A DNA stretch of 64,000 bases from an uncultured Actinomycetes bacterium. Lineage in GTDB: Bacteria > Actinomycetota > UBA4738 > HRBIN12. The stretch lies in contig OY969099.1 of assembly GCA_963697875.1 (NCBI GenBank), positions 2,915,061 through 2,979,060 on the forward strand, written 5' to 3'. Below, piece after piece: positions 28,303-38,633 of the stretch; the first letter of the stretch is position 1, and every line of letters starts with the position of its first letter. The position numbers and the translations under genes were made by a program. Under the pieces are notes generated by a model, which worked only from the letters and a program-made list of their open reading frames with translations, searched no databases and was not told the DNA's origin.

Positions 28303-28866
28303 CTAGCGCGCCACGCGGTAGCGGAGGTAGACGACTCCCGAGCTGAAGGTGCGGGTCTCGACGAGTTCGAGATCCACCCGGCGCTCGCGCTGGGGAAAGA
28401 ACGGGATGCCACCACCAACCAGCACCGGGTAGACCCTGACCCGATACTCGTCGATCAGACCCAACGCGGCCGCCTCGGCGGCGAGCGTCGCGCCGCCGAT
28501 CGCGATGTCGCCCTCCTCAGGCTCGGCTCGCAACCGTTCGACCTCCTCCACCAGACCGCCGGAGGCCAGGCGGGCATTGCCCTGCACCGCCGACAGCGTG
28601 GTGGAGAACACCACCTTTGGGAGCGGCTTCCACAGCGCGGCCCAATCGAGCTCCGCGTCGTCGAGCGACGGATCCTGGTCGGCGGTCTCCCAGTACAGCA
28701 TCGTCTCGTACAGCCGCCGTCCCATCAGGTGGACGCCAACCTCTCGGATCTCGTCGATGTGGGAGCGAAAGACCTCCTCGTCGGGCGCCGTCCAGGCGAA
28801 GTCGCCGTCCGGCCCGACGATGTAGCCGTCGAGCGAGGCGCCCATCGAATAGGTCACGCTGCGCAT
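28303..28866 (-). CDS. dihydrofolate reductase family protein (RibD C-terminal domain type)
   Basis: Motifs are SLDGYIVGPDGDFAW, HLMGRRLYE and IAIGGATLAAEAAALGLIDEYRVRVYPVLVGGG. Confidence 0.85.
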   Translation of the reverse strand: MRSVTYSMGASLDGYIVGPDGDFAWTAPDEEVFRSHIDEIREVGVHLMGRRLYETMLYWETADQDPSLDDAELDWAALWKPLPKVVFSTTLSAVQGNARLASGGLVEEVERLRAEPEEGDIAIGGATLAAEAAALGLIDEYRVRVYPVLVGGGIPFFPQRERRVDLELVETRTFSSGVVYLRYRVAR

Positions 28867-29051
28867 CAGAAGTCCTCCTCGGTAACGTGATCGACGGTAG
28901 GACCGCCGGACGCCGCAGGCCTGGTCGCGGCTCTCGGGATCCCTAGGCTAGGCTAGTTCGCTGTCAGGTTGGCGGCCAGACGGCCACGTTCATCATTGGG
29001 AGCTTGAACCCACCGGCTGCATCCCGATCGACCCGCGCCGCGGGGTGACGA

Positions 29052-29864
29052 TCAGGCGCTGCCGACGCTCAGTAGCCGGACCTCGCGCGTGGGATCGCAG
29101 TCGTACTGCCGCAGGGCCCATCGGTAGCCGAGGAACCCGATGATCGCGCACCACACGAGGGCGAGTACGGCGTCGTTCCCGACCGGCGTCCCCATCAGCA
29201 GTCCCCGAATCGTCTCCGTCACCGGGGTGAATGGCTGGTACTTCGCGAACTGCGCCAGACCGGGTGCCATCGAGTCGGTCGGCACGAAGCCGCTCCCGAT
29301 GAACACGAGGAGCAGCAGCGGCATCCCGAGGTTGCGTGCGGTCTCGACGCTCTTGGCGCGCAGGCCGAGGGCGGCCGACAGCCACGTGATCGCGAAGATC
29401 GCGAACGCGATCAACCCGAACACCGCGAGCCATTCGATGGGATCGGCGTTCGGGCGGAAGCCGATCGCGATCGCGACGCCGATCACGAGCGCGACGCCGA
29501 CCAGCGTCTGGATCGTGTTCGCGAGGACGTGGCCCGCGAGCACCGCGCCGCGCGAGATCCCCATCGTGCGGAAGCGGGCGATGATCCCGTCCGCCATGTC
29601 CATCGATACGGCGATCGGCGTCGACTGCGCCACGCCGGCGATCGCGATGAGGATGATGCCGGGCGTCACGTACGCGACGTACGCCTTGCGTCCCGCCGCC
29701 GCGACCCCGAGGCCGGCGCCCATCGTGCCACCGAAGACGTACACGAACAGCAACAGGAGCATCACCGGTAGCAAGATCATCATCAGCGAGAGCGATGGGT
29801 ATCGCTGGAGATGCTTGATCTGACGTCGGAGCATCGTCATCGAGTCCTTCAGCATGGCCTTCAT
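29052..29864 (-). CDS. ABC-2 type transporter permease (DrrB-like)
   Basis: It has six predicted transmembrane helices. ATG 29864 overlaps the upstream ATPase stop (ATGA). Confidence 0.85.
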   Translation of the reverse strand: MKAMLKDSMTMLRRQIKHLQRYPSLSLMMILLPVMLLLLFVYVFGGTMGAGLGVAAAGRKAYVAYVTPGIILIAIAGVAQSTPIAVSMDMADGIIARFRTMGISRGAVLAGHVLANTIQTLVGVALVIGVAIAIGFRPNADPIEWLAVFGLIAFAIFAITWLSAALGLRAKSVETARNLGMPLLLLVFIGSGFVPTDSMAPGLAQFAKYQPFTPVTETIRGLLMGTPVGNDAVLALVWCAIIGFLGYRWALRQYDCDPTREVRLLSVGSA

Positions 29865-30817
29865 CTCGACGCCTCCTCGCGATCCGCGTGGTCCGTCAGC
29901 GTCAGGAACACGTCGTCGAGATCCGGGGTGTGGATCGCGACGTCCTCGACCTGGATCGACGCCTCGCCGAGCCGGTCGAGCGCCGTCCGGAGCGCCTCGA
30001 CGCCGCCGTTGGCCGTGACGTGGAGCTCGAGCGCCTCCGCATCCTCCTGAGCACCCGGGAGCATCCGGGCCGCCGCCGCGAGCGACGAGCCCTCGGCGAA
30101 CCGCAGGGTGATCTCGCCGCCGGGAATCAGGCGCTTGAGTTCGTCGGGCGTGCCCTCCGCGATCACCTTGCCGTGGTCGATCAGCGCCACGCGATCGGCG
30201 AGCTCGTCGGCCTCCTCGAGGTAGTGCGTCGTGAGGAGGACCGTCGCTCCGCCGCGAACGAGCTCGCGCACGAGGTCCCAAACGACGCGGCGGCTCCGAG
30301 GGTCGAGCCCCGTCGTCGGCTCGTCGAGGAAGATGATCCGCGGGTCGCCGATCAGCGTCATCGCGAGGTCGAGCCGCCGGCGCACGCCGCCCGAGTAAGT
30401 CGCGGCCGGCCGGCGCGCCTCGTCCACGAGGTCGAGCCGCTCGAGGAGCTCGGCCGCTCGACGCCGGCCCTCCCCCGGCGCGAGATGACGAAGGTCGGCC
30501 ATCAGCTGCAGGTTCTCCTCGCCGGTCAGCATGTTGTCGACGGTCGAGAACTGACCGGTGACGCCGATCACGTCGCGGACCGCCTGCGGGTCACGCACCG
30601 GGTCGTGTCCGGCAACGCGGATCTCGCCCGCGTCGGCGTGGAGCAGCGTGCACAGGATCTGCACGGTGGTGGTCTTGCCAGCGCCGTTCGGCCCGAGCAG
30701 CGCGAAGACCGACCCCTCCTCGACCGCCAGGTCGAGCCCGTCGAGCGCCATCGTCTCGGCGAACGCCTTGCGCAGCCCGATGGCCTCGAGCGCGAGAGCC
30801 GTAGTCGTCGAGTTCAT
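29861..30817 (-). CDS. ABC transporter ATP-binding protein (DrrA-like)
   Basis: Walker A is GPNGAGKTT. The signature is YSGGVRRRL. Walker B is IIFLDEPTTGLD. The start overlaps the DUF4097 gene stop (ATGA). Confidence 0.9.
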   Translation of the reverse strand: MNSTTTALALEAIGLRKAFAETMALDGLDLAVEEGSVFALLGPNGAGKTTTVQILCTLLHADAGEIRVAGHDPVRDPQAVRDVIGVTGQFSTVDNMLTGEENLQLMADLRHLAPGEGRRRAAELLERLDLVDEARRPAATYSGGVRRRLDLAMTLIGDPRIIFLDEPTTGLDPRSRRVVWDLVRELVRGGATVLLTTHYLEEADELADRVALIDHGKVIAEGTPDELKRLIPGGEITLRFAEGSSLAAAARMLPGAQEDAEALELHVTANGGVEALRTALDRLGEASIQVEDVAIHTPDLDDVFLTLTDHADREEASR

Positions 30818-31683
30818 GACCGCTCCTTCCCGGCGCCGGTCGCGGCCACGCGATGGATCGAGACGTCGCCCATCGAGGTGCGTGCGCGGATCTCGACGGA
30901 GTCCTGGTCCGGCCCCGGCCGGTCGGCCTCCTCGAGGTCGTTCAGCACCTGACCGAATTTCGTCCGCAGGTCGAGCCACGCGGCGACGCCCTCCGGCACG
31001 CCGATCTCGAGCCCGCCGAATGCGCTCTCGGCGACGACGTGACCACCGGCGACCTCGGCGAGGCGGACGTGGCCGTTCGCCGTCTTCGCCACGATCCCGC
31101 CGCGAGCGAGATCGACGGAGATCGCGCCGTTCGCCGCGGTCACGCGCGCCTCGCCGGTGACCTCCCCGATCCAGGTCTCACCGTTCGAGTTCTTGATCGC
31201 TGCCGGACCGTCGATCCTCCCGACGCGGATGACGCCGGCGGTCTTGACGTCGGCTCGTCCGTGGATCGCCTCGATCGTGATGTCGCCGGCACCTGTATGG
31301 AGCTCGGCAGGCCCCGTCTGATCGAATACCAGCCGGCCGGCGCCGTCATGGAGCCGGCACTCGCCGAGCCGTCCCGTCGACTGCACCGAGGCGACGCCGG
31401 TGGTGCCGCGCAGGGACGAACCCGCGGGCAGCTCGATCCGAACCTCGACCGAACCGTCGCCGCCGCGCAACGCCCACTTCCACCTGGGGCCGGTGACGGT
31501 CAGGGTGCCGTTCGCGAAGTTGACCTCGGTGGCACCGGCGGCGGTCACGTCGCGAGCTCTCGTCGGATCGCTCGCCCCGACCTCGACGACGGTGTCATCG
31601 CGATCGCTCGCCGCGACGACCACGTCACCGACGCCGAGATCGAGTGACACGGAGATCGGTTCTGGGGTCTCGAACGTTCGCAT
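30814..31683 (-). CDS. DUF4097 (LiaG-like) beta-strand repeat protein
   Basis: It has repetitive beta-helix-like units (GDVVV, GSVEVRI, GDITIEA, GAISVDL, GHVRLAE, GDVSIHR). AAGGAGGAGA precedes ATG 31683. Confidence 0.75.
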   Translation of the reverse strand: MRTFETPEPISVSLDLGVGDVVVAASDRDDTVVEVGASDPTRARDVTAAGATEVNFANGTLTVTGPRWKWALRGGDGSVEVRIELPAGSSLRGTTGVASVQSTGRLGECRLHDGAGRLVFDQTGPAELHTGAGDITIEAIHGRADVKTAGVIRVGRIDGPAAIKNSNGETWIGEVTGEARVTAANGAISVDLARGGIVAKTANGHVRLAEVAGGHVVAESAFGGLEIGVPEGVAAWLDLRTKFGQVLNDLEEADRPGPDQDSVEIRARTSMGDVSIHRVAATGAGKERS

Positions 31684-31730
31684 CCTTCTCTCCTCCTTCA
31701 CGGGGCGGCTCGACCCGCCTCGCTCTTTCG

Positions 31731-32231
31731 TCAGCGCGCCCAGCCCGTGTAGTGCTGGCTTCCTCGCGCGGTGCGTCCCGGCCGTCGCCCGACGGCCTCG
31801 GTGCGTTCGACCGCGGCCGCCGTCGCCCGGACGAGCCACGCGTTGATCGACAGACCCTCGCGATCGGCAGCCTCCTCAACCCTCGACTTCAGCCGGTCCG
31901 GGAGCCGCAGGTTGATGCGGGCGACGGTGGTGTCGTCCCCCAGCGGCATCGCGGCGGCGAGCCCCTCGTCGCCCTCGGAGCCTTCCACAGGCGGGAGCGA
32001 CACGACGAACTCGGGATCGCGGCCCCGCAGCCGGATCTCGACGGACCCCGGCGCGAGGTCGAGCGTGATCTCGTCCGCGGCCGCGGCGAGCGCGTCTTGG
32101 ATCGCGAGCCGGATCGCCGAATCAAGCGGCGCGGCCAGGCGCTCGGCGAGCGCGCGCGCCTCTTCGCCACCGGTCTCGGCGGCCACCTCGAGCTGGTGCC
32201 GGATGCTCTCTACGTAGGGTTCGACGTTCAT
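31731..32231 (-). CDS. ribbon-helix-helix (HicB-like / Arc-MetJ type) DNA-binding protein
   Basis: The C-terminal RHH segment is ARINLRLPDRLKSRVEEAADREGLSINAWLVRA. No hicA gene is nearby. Confidence 0.65.
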   Translation of the reverse strand: MNVEPYVESIRHQLEVAAETGGEEARALAERLAAPLDSAIRLAIQDALAAAADEITLDLAPGSVEIRLRGRDPEFVVSLPPVEGSEGDEGLAAAMPLGDDTTVARINLRLPDRLKSRVEEAADREGLSINAWLVRATAAAVERTEAVGRRPGRTARGSQHYTGWAR

Positions 32232-32687
32232 GGCACCATAATGGCATCAACTCGGCACTATGTCAAAGCCAAGTTGGCATCACGGTGGAATGCCCAGGTC
32301 CGCGCAGCCCCGACGAGCGATGCCGCGCCGATCCGCGGTCTCGTGCCGCGCCGGACACGGCGGCCGCCTACCCGCGAGGCACCGGCCGACGCGATCGTCG
32401 TGGGCTCGGCGGCCTCATCCTGGACACGCTTGGAAGCTCAACTCGTCGCCATCAGCCGGCCGATCGAGCGCGTGCACGCCACTTCGCCACGACCACGACT
32501 TCGAGACGCTGCGTACGGTGGCGGGACGACTGACGCCGGAACACAGAACTCGAGTCACGACCGAGTCCTGCGACGGATGGGTTCAGTCAACCTAGCTGAT
32601 CATGCCTGCGGGACCACCGCTGGATACGTTCTGAACGAGGCGAGCGAAGGGGGCCTCAGCACCCGCTTCTACCTGAACGGATGCGAG

Positions 32688-32760
32688 CTCCGGGGGTGGG
32701 ACTCGAACCCACAACCTACGGATTAACAGTCCGCCGCTCTGCCAATTGAGCTACCCCGGA
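32688..32760 (-). tRNA. tRNA-Asn (anticodon GTT)
   Basis: I folded the cloverleaf by hand. The acceptor stem is TCCGGGG/CCCCGGA, the anticodon loop CTGTTAA and the T arm GTGGG-TTCGAGT-CCCAC. Confidence 0.9.
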
Positions 32761-32841
32761 CCGGAGCCCGGGCAGTCTACCGCCGCGGACGCGCGACTCG
32801 CGATAGGCTGCCGCACGTCCATCGGCACGGAAAGGCACCCT

Positions 32842-33108
32842 ATGAAGCTGCGCACGCTCTTCCTGTTCGGTGCCGGCCTCGTGGCCGGCTTCATGCTCGC
32901 TCGGAAGATGTCCGAGGACGACCCCGACGTGGTGACCGGCCCGACGCGGGCCAGGGCGTCCTCCCCCGCCGCGCGCATGGTGGGCACCCAGGCGCAGCGT
33001 CTCGCCGGGCGGGCGACCGTCCTCAGCCTGGACGCGATCCGCAAGGCGCGCGGCGCGATCCGTGAGCGCCTGGGTGAGGACGTCTACGACGACGCGGCCT
33101 GGACCTGA
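32842..33108 (+). CDS. small membrane-anchored protein of unknown function
   Basis: The N-terminal transmembrane segment is MKLRTLFLFGAGLVAGFMLA. The tail is charged and helical. Confidence 0.55.
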   Translation: MKLRTLFLFGAGLVAGFMLARKMSEDDPDVVTGPTRARASSPAARMVGTQAQRLAGRATVLSLDAIRKARGAIRERLGEDVYDDAAWT

Positions 33109-33111
33109 GCG

Positions 33112-33594
33112 TTACCAGCTCGGCCCGAACGTGACCGCCCCGCTGTTCGAGGCTGAGCAATCGGCCGGCGTCGCCGGGTTCAGCACGCCGAAGCCCGTGT
33201 CGGTGGGCGGGTCGTCCCGCAGGAAGAAGCATCGCCCGGCCTTCGAGTACGCGGCGAGCACCAGGATCTCGCCGGTGATGTCGCGGCTGACGATGACCGG
33301 GTCGTCGCTCGTCGTGGTCTCGTCGACCCAGTTCACGGCGTTGTCGATCCCCTGCAGCACCGGGATCGTCGCGGCCGCGTAGGTCTCCTCGGTCGAGAAG
33401 ACGACGCGGCCGGCGGTCAGAGCCTCCCGCAGCGTCGACTTCGCCGCCACGTCCTGCGCGCGGTTGCGCGCGCCCAGGAACGTGGGGAGCGCGATCGCGA
33501 TCAGGATGCCGATGATGAGCACGACGACCATGAGCTCGATGAGCGTGAAGCCCTCGTCGCGGTCCAGCCGCGCGCTGAAGATCCTTGCCCGCAT
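33112..33594 (-). CDS. type IV pilin / pseudopilin-like protein with a prepilin N-terminal cleavage-methylation motif
   Basis: The motif DEGFTLIELMVVVLIIGILIAIALP follows a short basic leader. The start is taken at the internal ATG 33594. Confidence 0.8.
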   Translation of the reverse strand: MRARIFSARLDRDEGFTLIELMVVVLIIGILIAIALPTFLGARNRAQDVAAKSTLREALTAGRVVFSTEETYAAATIPVLQGIDNAVNWVDETTTSDDPVIVSRDITGEILVLAAYSKAGRCFFLRDDPPTDTGFGVLNPATPADCSASNSGAVTFGPSW

Positions 33595-33687
33595 GCGTTC
33601 TCCAGCCCTCGTGGGGGGCACGTCAGGAGCATCGGCATCTTCTGTCGGCGCCTTGACCTTCCGCCGATGCGGGGACCCGGAACTCCC

Positions 33688-35067
33688 CTATTCGAGGTAG
33701 TCGCGCAGCTTCTGCGACCGGGAGGGGTGCCGGAGCTTGGACAGGGTCTTGGACTCGATCTGCCGGATCCGCTCGCGGGTGACGCCGAACTCCCGTCCGA
33801 CCTCCTCCAGCGTGCGCGGGTGACCGTCGACCAGACCGAACCGCAGCTGGATGACCTTCTTCTCGCGCTCCGAGAGCGTGTGCAGCACCGATTCGAGCTG
33901 TTCCTGGAGCAGGATGAAGCTGGCCGCGTCGACCGGGACCACGGCGTCGGCGTCCTCGATGAAGTCGCCGAGCTGAGAATCCTCCTCCTCGCCGATCGGG
34001 GTGTGCAGCGAGACCGGCTCCTGCGAGACCTTCTGGATCTCGCGGACCTTGTCGGCGCCGATCCCCATGACCTTGCCGATCTCCTCGGGCAACGGCTCGC
34101 GCCCGAGGTCCTGCAGCAGCTGACGCTGCACGCGAACGAGCTTGTTGATCGTCTCGACCATGTGCACGGGGATGCGGATCGTGCGGGCCTGGTCGGCGAT
34201 CGCGCGCGTGATGGCCTGACGGATCCACCACGTCGCGTAGGTGGAGAACTTGAACCCCTTCGAGTACGCGAACTTCTCCACGGCGCGGATCAGCCCGAGG
34301 TTGCCCTCCTGGATCAGGTCGAGGAAGAGCATCCCCCGGCCCACGTACCGCTTCGCGATCGAGACGACCAACCGGAGGTTCGCCTCGATCAGCTTGCGCT
34401 TGGCGAGCTGGCCGTCGCGCTCCACGCGACGGAGGAAATCGCCGAGCTCGGTCTCGGTCTTGGGCCGGTAGGACTTCGCGATCTTGTCCCGGCCGATCCC
34501 CTCGACCTTGCCGAACGCCGTGAGCTGGTGATCCCGGATCTCCCACACCTTCTCTACCAGGAACTTCAGCGCCTTCGGGTCGGCTTTGCCGTCCTCGACG
34601 ATCTGAAGGGTGGCTGCGGTGGAGAGCTCCCCCGCCTCGATCCGGCGCGCGAGGTCGATCTCCTGGGCGGCGGTCAGCAGCGGGACCTTGCCGATCTCCT
34701 TCAGGTACATCCGCACCGGATCGTTCGTCGGCGCGCGAAGCAGATCGACCTCGATGCGGACCTGGGTGGCGGCGTCGGTGTCGTCACCGGGGACCTCGAT
34801 CACCTCGATGCTCTCGGCGGTCAGATGCTCTTGCACCGCAGTGAGGAACTCCTCGACCTGCTCGGAGGTGAAGTCGTCGACGGGAACCGCTTCGAGAAGA
34901 TCGTCCGACGTCACGAACCCGCGCTCGCGCCCGCGCGCGACGAGTTGTTCCTTGATCTCGTCGAGGTTCGGCAGGTCGGAGTCGCTGCTCAGCGTCGAAA
35001 CGCCGTGCTCGCGGTCGTTCCGTCCGCGACGCGGCTCGCGTTCCGGCTCGCGGGCAGGATCGCTCAC
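33688..35067 (-). CDS. sigA: primary-like RNA polymerase sigma-70 factor
   Basis: Motifs are [11 protein letters not shown], region 2 [47 protein letters not shown], and region 4 [20 protein letters not shown]. The GTG 35067 start is inferred. Confidence 0.9.
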   Translation of the reverse strand: MSDPAREPEREPRRGRNDREHGVSTLSSDSDLPNLDEIKEQLVARGRERGFVTSDDLLEAVPVDDFTSEQVEEFLTAVQEHLTAESIEVIEVPGDDTDAATQVRIEVDLLRAPTNDPVRMYLKEIGKVPLLTAAQEIDLARRIEAGELSTAATLQIVEDGKADPKALKFLVEKVWEIRDHQLTAFGKVEGIGRDKIAKSYRPKTETELGDFLRRVERDGQLAKRKLIEANLRLVVSIAKRYVGRGMLFLDLIQEGNLGLIRAVEKFAYSKGFKFSTYATWWIRQAITRAIADQARTIRIPVHMVETINKLVRVQRQLLQDLGREPLPEEIGKVMGIGADKVREIQKVSQEPVSLHTPIGEEEDSQLGDFIEDADAVVPVDAASFILLQEQLESVLHTLSEREKKVIQLRFGLVDGHPRTLEEVGREFGVTRERIRQIESKTLSKLRHPSRSQKLRDYLE

Positions 35068-35150
35068 CTGGACTTCACCTGAGGACTCGCCACGACCCGG
35101 ACAGTGTACGGAACGGGCCGGGCGGCGACCCTCGGCCCGGCCGGGCCTGT

Positions 35151-36932
35151 TCACCGACCGGGACGTACGCCGTCGCGCAGCCTGCGGAGCTCGCCGTCCA
35201 CTTGCACCAGCTGATCGAAGAGATCGTCGTAGCCGGGATCGATCGTCGGGTTGAGCTTCTGCAGTTGCAGGCGCAGCGCCTCGCTCCGCGCCTTCAACAG
35301 GAACTCCTGCAGGCGCGACCACACGCCCTGCGCGTACTCCGGTGTGTGGTCGCCGTCGAGCGGTTCGACGGTCAGCGCCGCTACCGCACCGGCGAGCTTC
35401 TCGTCGGGGCCGCCCGCGACCGTCTCGACGTCGGAGTCGCGCAGCACGAGGAACAGCTTCCGATGTGACGGAGAACGGAAGTGCTCCTCGGTCAGCCGCG
35501 TGACCACGTCGCCGAGGTCGTCACCGCCGCGCGCCATCAGCCGGAGCATCTCCCGCTCCACCCGCTCGTGTGCGGACGGGCGCCGCAACGCCTTCTGGAC
35601 CTCCTGCGGGCGTCCCCCCAGGCGGCGGTCGAGCGACTGCAGGACCGAGGCCTCCGACACCCCCGCGAGGTCCGCGAGGAGTCCCGCGTACTCGGAGCGA
35701 CGGACCGGATCGTTCAGGTGCTCGAGCATCGGCAGGGCGTCGGCCACCGCGGCCGACTGACCCTCGATCGTACCCAGGTCGTGCCGGGCGACGGTACGCC
35801 GCACCATGTACTCCACCAGGGGCCGGGCGTTCGCAGCGGCCTCGCGAACGGCGTCGGGGCCGTGTTTGGCCACGAAGTCGGCCGGGTCGAGCCCCTCGGG
35901 CATGATCATCACGACCGCCTGCACCGGGAAGCGCTCCTGGAACGCGAACGCCCGCTCGGCCGCGCGCGCGCCGGCCTCGTCAGAGTCGAAGGCCAGCACC
36001 GCGCGCTGGGCGAACCGCGACATCAGCTCGAAGTGCTTCTCACCGAGCGCCGTCCCACAGGTTGCGACCGCGTTGTCGAGGCCGGCCTGGGCCAGCCCGA
36101 TCACGTCGGTGTAGCCCTCCACCACGAACACCTCGCCGCCGCGCGCCACGGTGGGGCGCGCGCGGTGCATGTTGTAGAGGATCTCGTGCTTGCGGTAGAT
36201 CGGCGTCTCGGCGCTGTTGAGGTACTTCGCCTGCTCCGCGGCGCGCGGGTCGGTCGGCAGCACGCGCGCGCCGAACGCGATCGTCCGCCCCTGCAGATCG
36301 TGGATCGGGAACGTCACCCGCGCGCGGAACCGGTCGCGAACCGTGCCGTCGTCGCCCCGCGTGGCGAGCCCGGCCTCCAGCAACAGCTCGGGGGTGATGT
36401 CGCGCGCCTGCGTCAGCCGACGGAGCAGGAAGTCGGGGTAGCCGGGAGCGAACCCGATGCCGAAGGTCTCGATCGCTTCGGGCCCGATCCCCCGCTCGGT
36501 CAGGTACGCCCGTGCGTCCTGTGCCTCGCGGCCGTCGGCGAGCATCCGCGCATAGAGCGCCGCGGCCTCCTCGTTCGCCCGGTAGAGGGCCTTACGGCGC
36601 TCGGCCGCGCGACGCTCCATCTCGGAGTCGCCCTCGTAGCGCAGCTGCACGCCCGCCGCCTGGGCGAGCCGCTCGATCGCCTCGATGTACGTCAGCTGCT
36701 CGAGCTCGCGGAGGAAGGTGATCGCGTCACCGCCCTTCCCGCATCCGAAGCAGTAGAAGACCTGTTTCGCCGGCGAGACGCTGAACGAGGGCGTTTTCTC
36801 CTGGTGGAAGGGACACAGGCCGCTCATCGAGTCGTGCCCGGACTTCTTGAGCGTCAGGTGCTGGGAGACGAGATGGACGATGTCGGTCCGTTCCTTGACG
36901 GCTTCGATGTCTTCCTGACGGATCCGCGCCAC
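35151..36932 (-). CDS. dnaG: DNA primase
   Basis: The zinc finger is [30 protein letters not shown]. The TOPRIM motif is [14 protein letters not shown] lies 5 nt upstream of GTG 36932. Only the last 593 aa of ORF 35151..38477 are real. Confidence 0.9.
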   Translation of the reverse strand: MARIRQEDIEAVKERTDIVHLVSQHLTLKKSGHDSMSGLCPFHQEKTPSFSVSPAKQVFYCFGCGKGGDAITFLRELEQLTYIEAIERLAQAAGVQLRYEGDSEMERRAAERRKALYRANEEAAALYARMLADGREAQDARAYLTERGIGPEAIETFGIGFAPGYPDFLLRRLTQARDITPELLLEAGLATRGDDGTVRDRFRARVTFPIHDLQGRTIAFGARVLPTDPRAAEQAKYLNSAETPIYRKHEILYNMHRARPTVARGGEVFVVEGYTDVIGLAQAGLDNAVATCGTALGEKHFELMSRFAQRAVLAFDSDEAGARAAERAFAFQERFPVQAVVMIMPEGLDPADFVAKHGPDAVREAAANARPLVEYMVRRTVARHDLGTIEGQSAAVADALPMLEHLNDPVRRSEYAGLLADLAGVSEASVLQSLDRRLGGRPQEVQKALRRPSAHERVEREMLRLMARGGDDLGDVVTRLTEEHFRSPSHRKLFLVLRDSDVETVAGGPDEKLAGAVAALTVEPLDGDHTPEYAQGVWSRLQEFLLKARSEALRLQLQKLNPTIDPGYDDLFDQLVQVDGELRRLRDGVRPGR

Positions 36933-36946
36933 GACGCTCCTTCGCT

Positions 36947-37957
36947 CTACAGGAGCCAGCCCTGGGGAAGGAAGAGCCGCTCGTACGTCCGGAGGGCATA
37001 GCGATCCGTCATGCCGGCGATGTAGTCGGCCACGCGGGTCGGTAGGTCCCCCGGCGCCCGATGGTACTCCGGCGGCAGTTGGTCGGGATGGTCGAGGAAG
37101 TGCTGGAAGAGGTCGCGCAGCAGCCGTGTGGCCTTCTCGAGGTCCTCCTGCGCGCCCGGACGCATGTAGACCTCGGCGAACATGAAGTCGCGCAACGCGT
37201 CCAGCGCGGCGAAGACGGGCGGGGACAGCCGGACCTCGGTCTGGTCCCAGCTGGTCTGGACGATGTCGGTCACCAGGGTGCCGATGCGCTCGGAGTGGGT
37301 CTGCCCGAGGACCCGGAGCGCCTGCTGCGGGAGCTCGTGCGGCGCGAGCACGCCGGCCCGGATCGCGTCGTCGATGTCGTGGTTGATGTAGGCGATGCGA
37401 TCGGCGTACCGCACGACCTGTGCTTCGAGCGTGGCGGGCGGCGGCATCGACCACGGATGGTGCAGGATGCCGTCGCGGACCTCCCACGTGAGGTTCAGCC
37501 CGTCGCCGTCGCGCTCGAGGCGCTCGACGACACGGATGGACTGCTCGGAGTGGCGGAACGGCCTGCCGAGGAACGGGGTGAGCGCCTGCTCGCCGAGGTG
37601 GCCGAACGGCGTGTGCCCGAGGTCGTGGCCGAGCGAGATCGCCTCGGTGAGGTCCTCGTTGAGCCCGAGCGCGCGCGCCGCGGTGCGCGCGATCTGCGAG
37701 ACGTCGAGGGTGTGCGTCAGCCGCACCCGGTAGTGGTCCCCCTCGGGCGCGAGGAAGACCTGGGTCTTGTGCTTGAGCCGCCGGAAGGCCTTGGAATGGA
37801 GGATGCGGTCGCGGTCGCGCTGGAAGCAGGTACGGATCGGGTCGGGCGCCTCGGGGCGCTCGCGTCCCTTGGACTCCGAGGACAGAACCGCGTGCTTCGA
37901 CAGGGTGTCGCGCTCGATCTGTTCCGTGCGTTCCCGCGGTTCGACCACTGGGGCCAT
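36947..37957 (-). CDS. dgt: dGTPase-like HD-domain deoxynucleoside triphosphate triphosphohydrolase
   Basis: Motifs are FQRDRDRILHSKAFRRLKHKTQVF, RLTHTLDVSQIAR and GHDLGHTPFGH. Confidence 0.85.
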   Translation of the reverse strand: MAPVVEPRERTEQIERDTLSKHAVLSSESKGRERPEAPDPIRTCFQRDRDRILHSKAFRRLKHKTQVFLAPEGDHYRVRLTHTLDVSQIARTAARALGLNEDLTEAISLGHDLGHTPFGHLGEQALTPFLGRPFRHSEQSIRVVERLERDGDGLNLTWEVRDGILHHPWSMPPPATLEAQVVRYADRIAYINHDIDDAIRAGVLAPHELPQQALRVLGQTHSERIGTLVTDIVQTSWDQTEVRLSPPVFAALDALRDFMFAEVYMRPGAQEDLEKATRLLRDLFQHFLDHPDQLPPEYHRAPGDLPTRVADYIAGMTDRYALRTYERLFLPQGWLL

Positions 37958-37992
37958 CGTACCGGCCCGACCCGACACCTCTGCCGCTCGGA

Positions 37993-38601
37993 TCAGTGGC
38001 CGAACACGCGGTAGTACAGGTACGCGAACGTCTCGCGAAGGTAGCCCTCTCCCCGCGACTGCTCGCTGGTGGCCGCGGACGTCCACGTCGCCGAGGCGTG
38101 GCCCGCGAGCCCCAGGTCGTCGGCCATCGCTTTGACCCGCGCGTTGTGCCACGGGTCGGAGACGAGGAAGACGCTCCGCTTGCCGTTGTCCCGCAGGTAC
38201 CGCGCGGCCGCCTGCAGGCTCTCGAACGTGGTGTGACCCACCGGGATCTGCACCACGTCGGCAGACGGAACCCCACGCGCCACGAGGTAGGTCTTGCCGG
38301 CCTCGGCCTCGGTATGGGCGTCGCCGGGGCGGTTCGCGCCGACGGTGACGATGAGTCGCGACCGCCCCCGCTTCCACAGCAGCAGCGCGTGGTCGAGCCG
38401 CCCTTCGAAGACGGGTGATGGCCGTCCGTTGTACTGCGCGGCACCCAGCACGACGATCGCGTCGGCGGTCTCGACATCCATGGCGTCGTCGTGATGGGCC
38501 GCTCGCCACACCGTCACGCCCGACCACGACACCACCGCGACGACCGCGAGCAGTCCGACGGCGAGCAGGGACAGGAGCGGGTGCCCGCGAACCAGGCGCA
38601 C
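37993..38601 (-). CDS. YdcF / DUF218 family protein
   Basis: It has an N-terminal transmembrane segment. Motifs are AIVVLGAAQYNGRPSPVFEGRLDHA and FLVSDPWHNAR. Confidence 0.8.
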   Translation of the reverse strand: MRLVRGHPLLSLLAVGLLAVVAVVSWSGVTVWRAAHHDDAMDVETADAIVVLGAAQYNGRPSPVFEGRLDHALLLWKRGRSRLIVTVGANRPGDAHTEAEAGKTYLVARGVPSADVVQIPVGHTTFESLQAAARYLRDNGKRSVFLVSDPWHNARVKAMADDLGLAGHASATWTSAATSEQSRGEGYLRETFAYLYYRVFGH

Positions 38602-38633
38602 GCGGCCAGGCTATAGCAGGCACCCGTTCCCGG

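Noticed and set aside
28943-28956. The tandem CTAGG-CTAGG-CTAG in the gap between the DHFR-like gene and the ABC permease gene.
   Set aside because: There are fewer than three copies of a 5-mer. CTAG is rare in high-GC genomes, which makes it eye-catching, but nothing else supports a function.
32232-32687. A 456-bp non-coding stretch 3' of tRNA-Asn, with slightly lower GC and two TGGCAT repeats. It could be an island scar or a sigma-54 type promoter.
   Set aside because: I found no integrase-like translation and no direct repeat of the tRNA 3' end. The TGGCAT spacing does not fit a -24/-12 promoter.
35151-38477. A 1108-aa minus-strand ORF spanning dnaG, dgt and the ydcF region.
   Set aside because: Only the C-terminal 593 aa (dnaG, from GTG 36932 with its own ribosome-binding site) look like a real protein. 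The upstream part is Arg/Pro/Gly-rich out-of-frame read-through of dgt and ydcF, which is typical of high-GC DNA.
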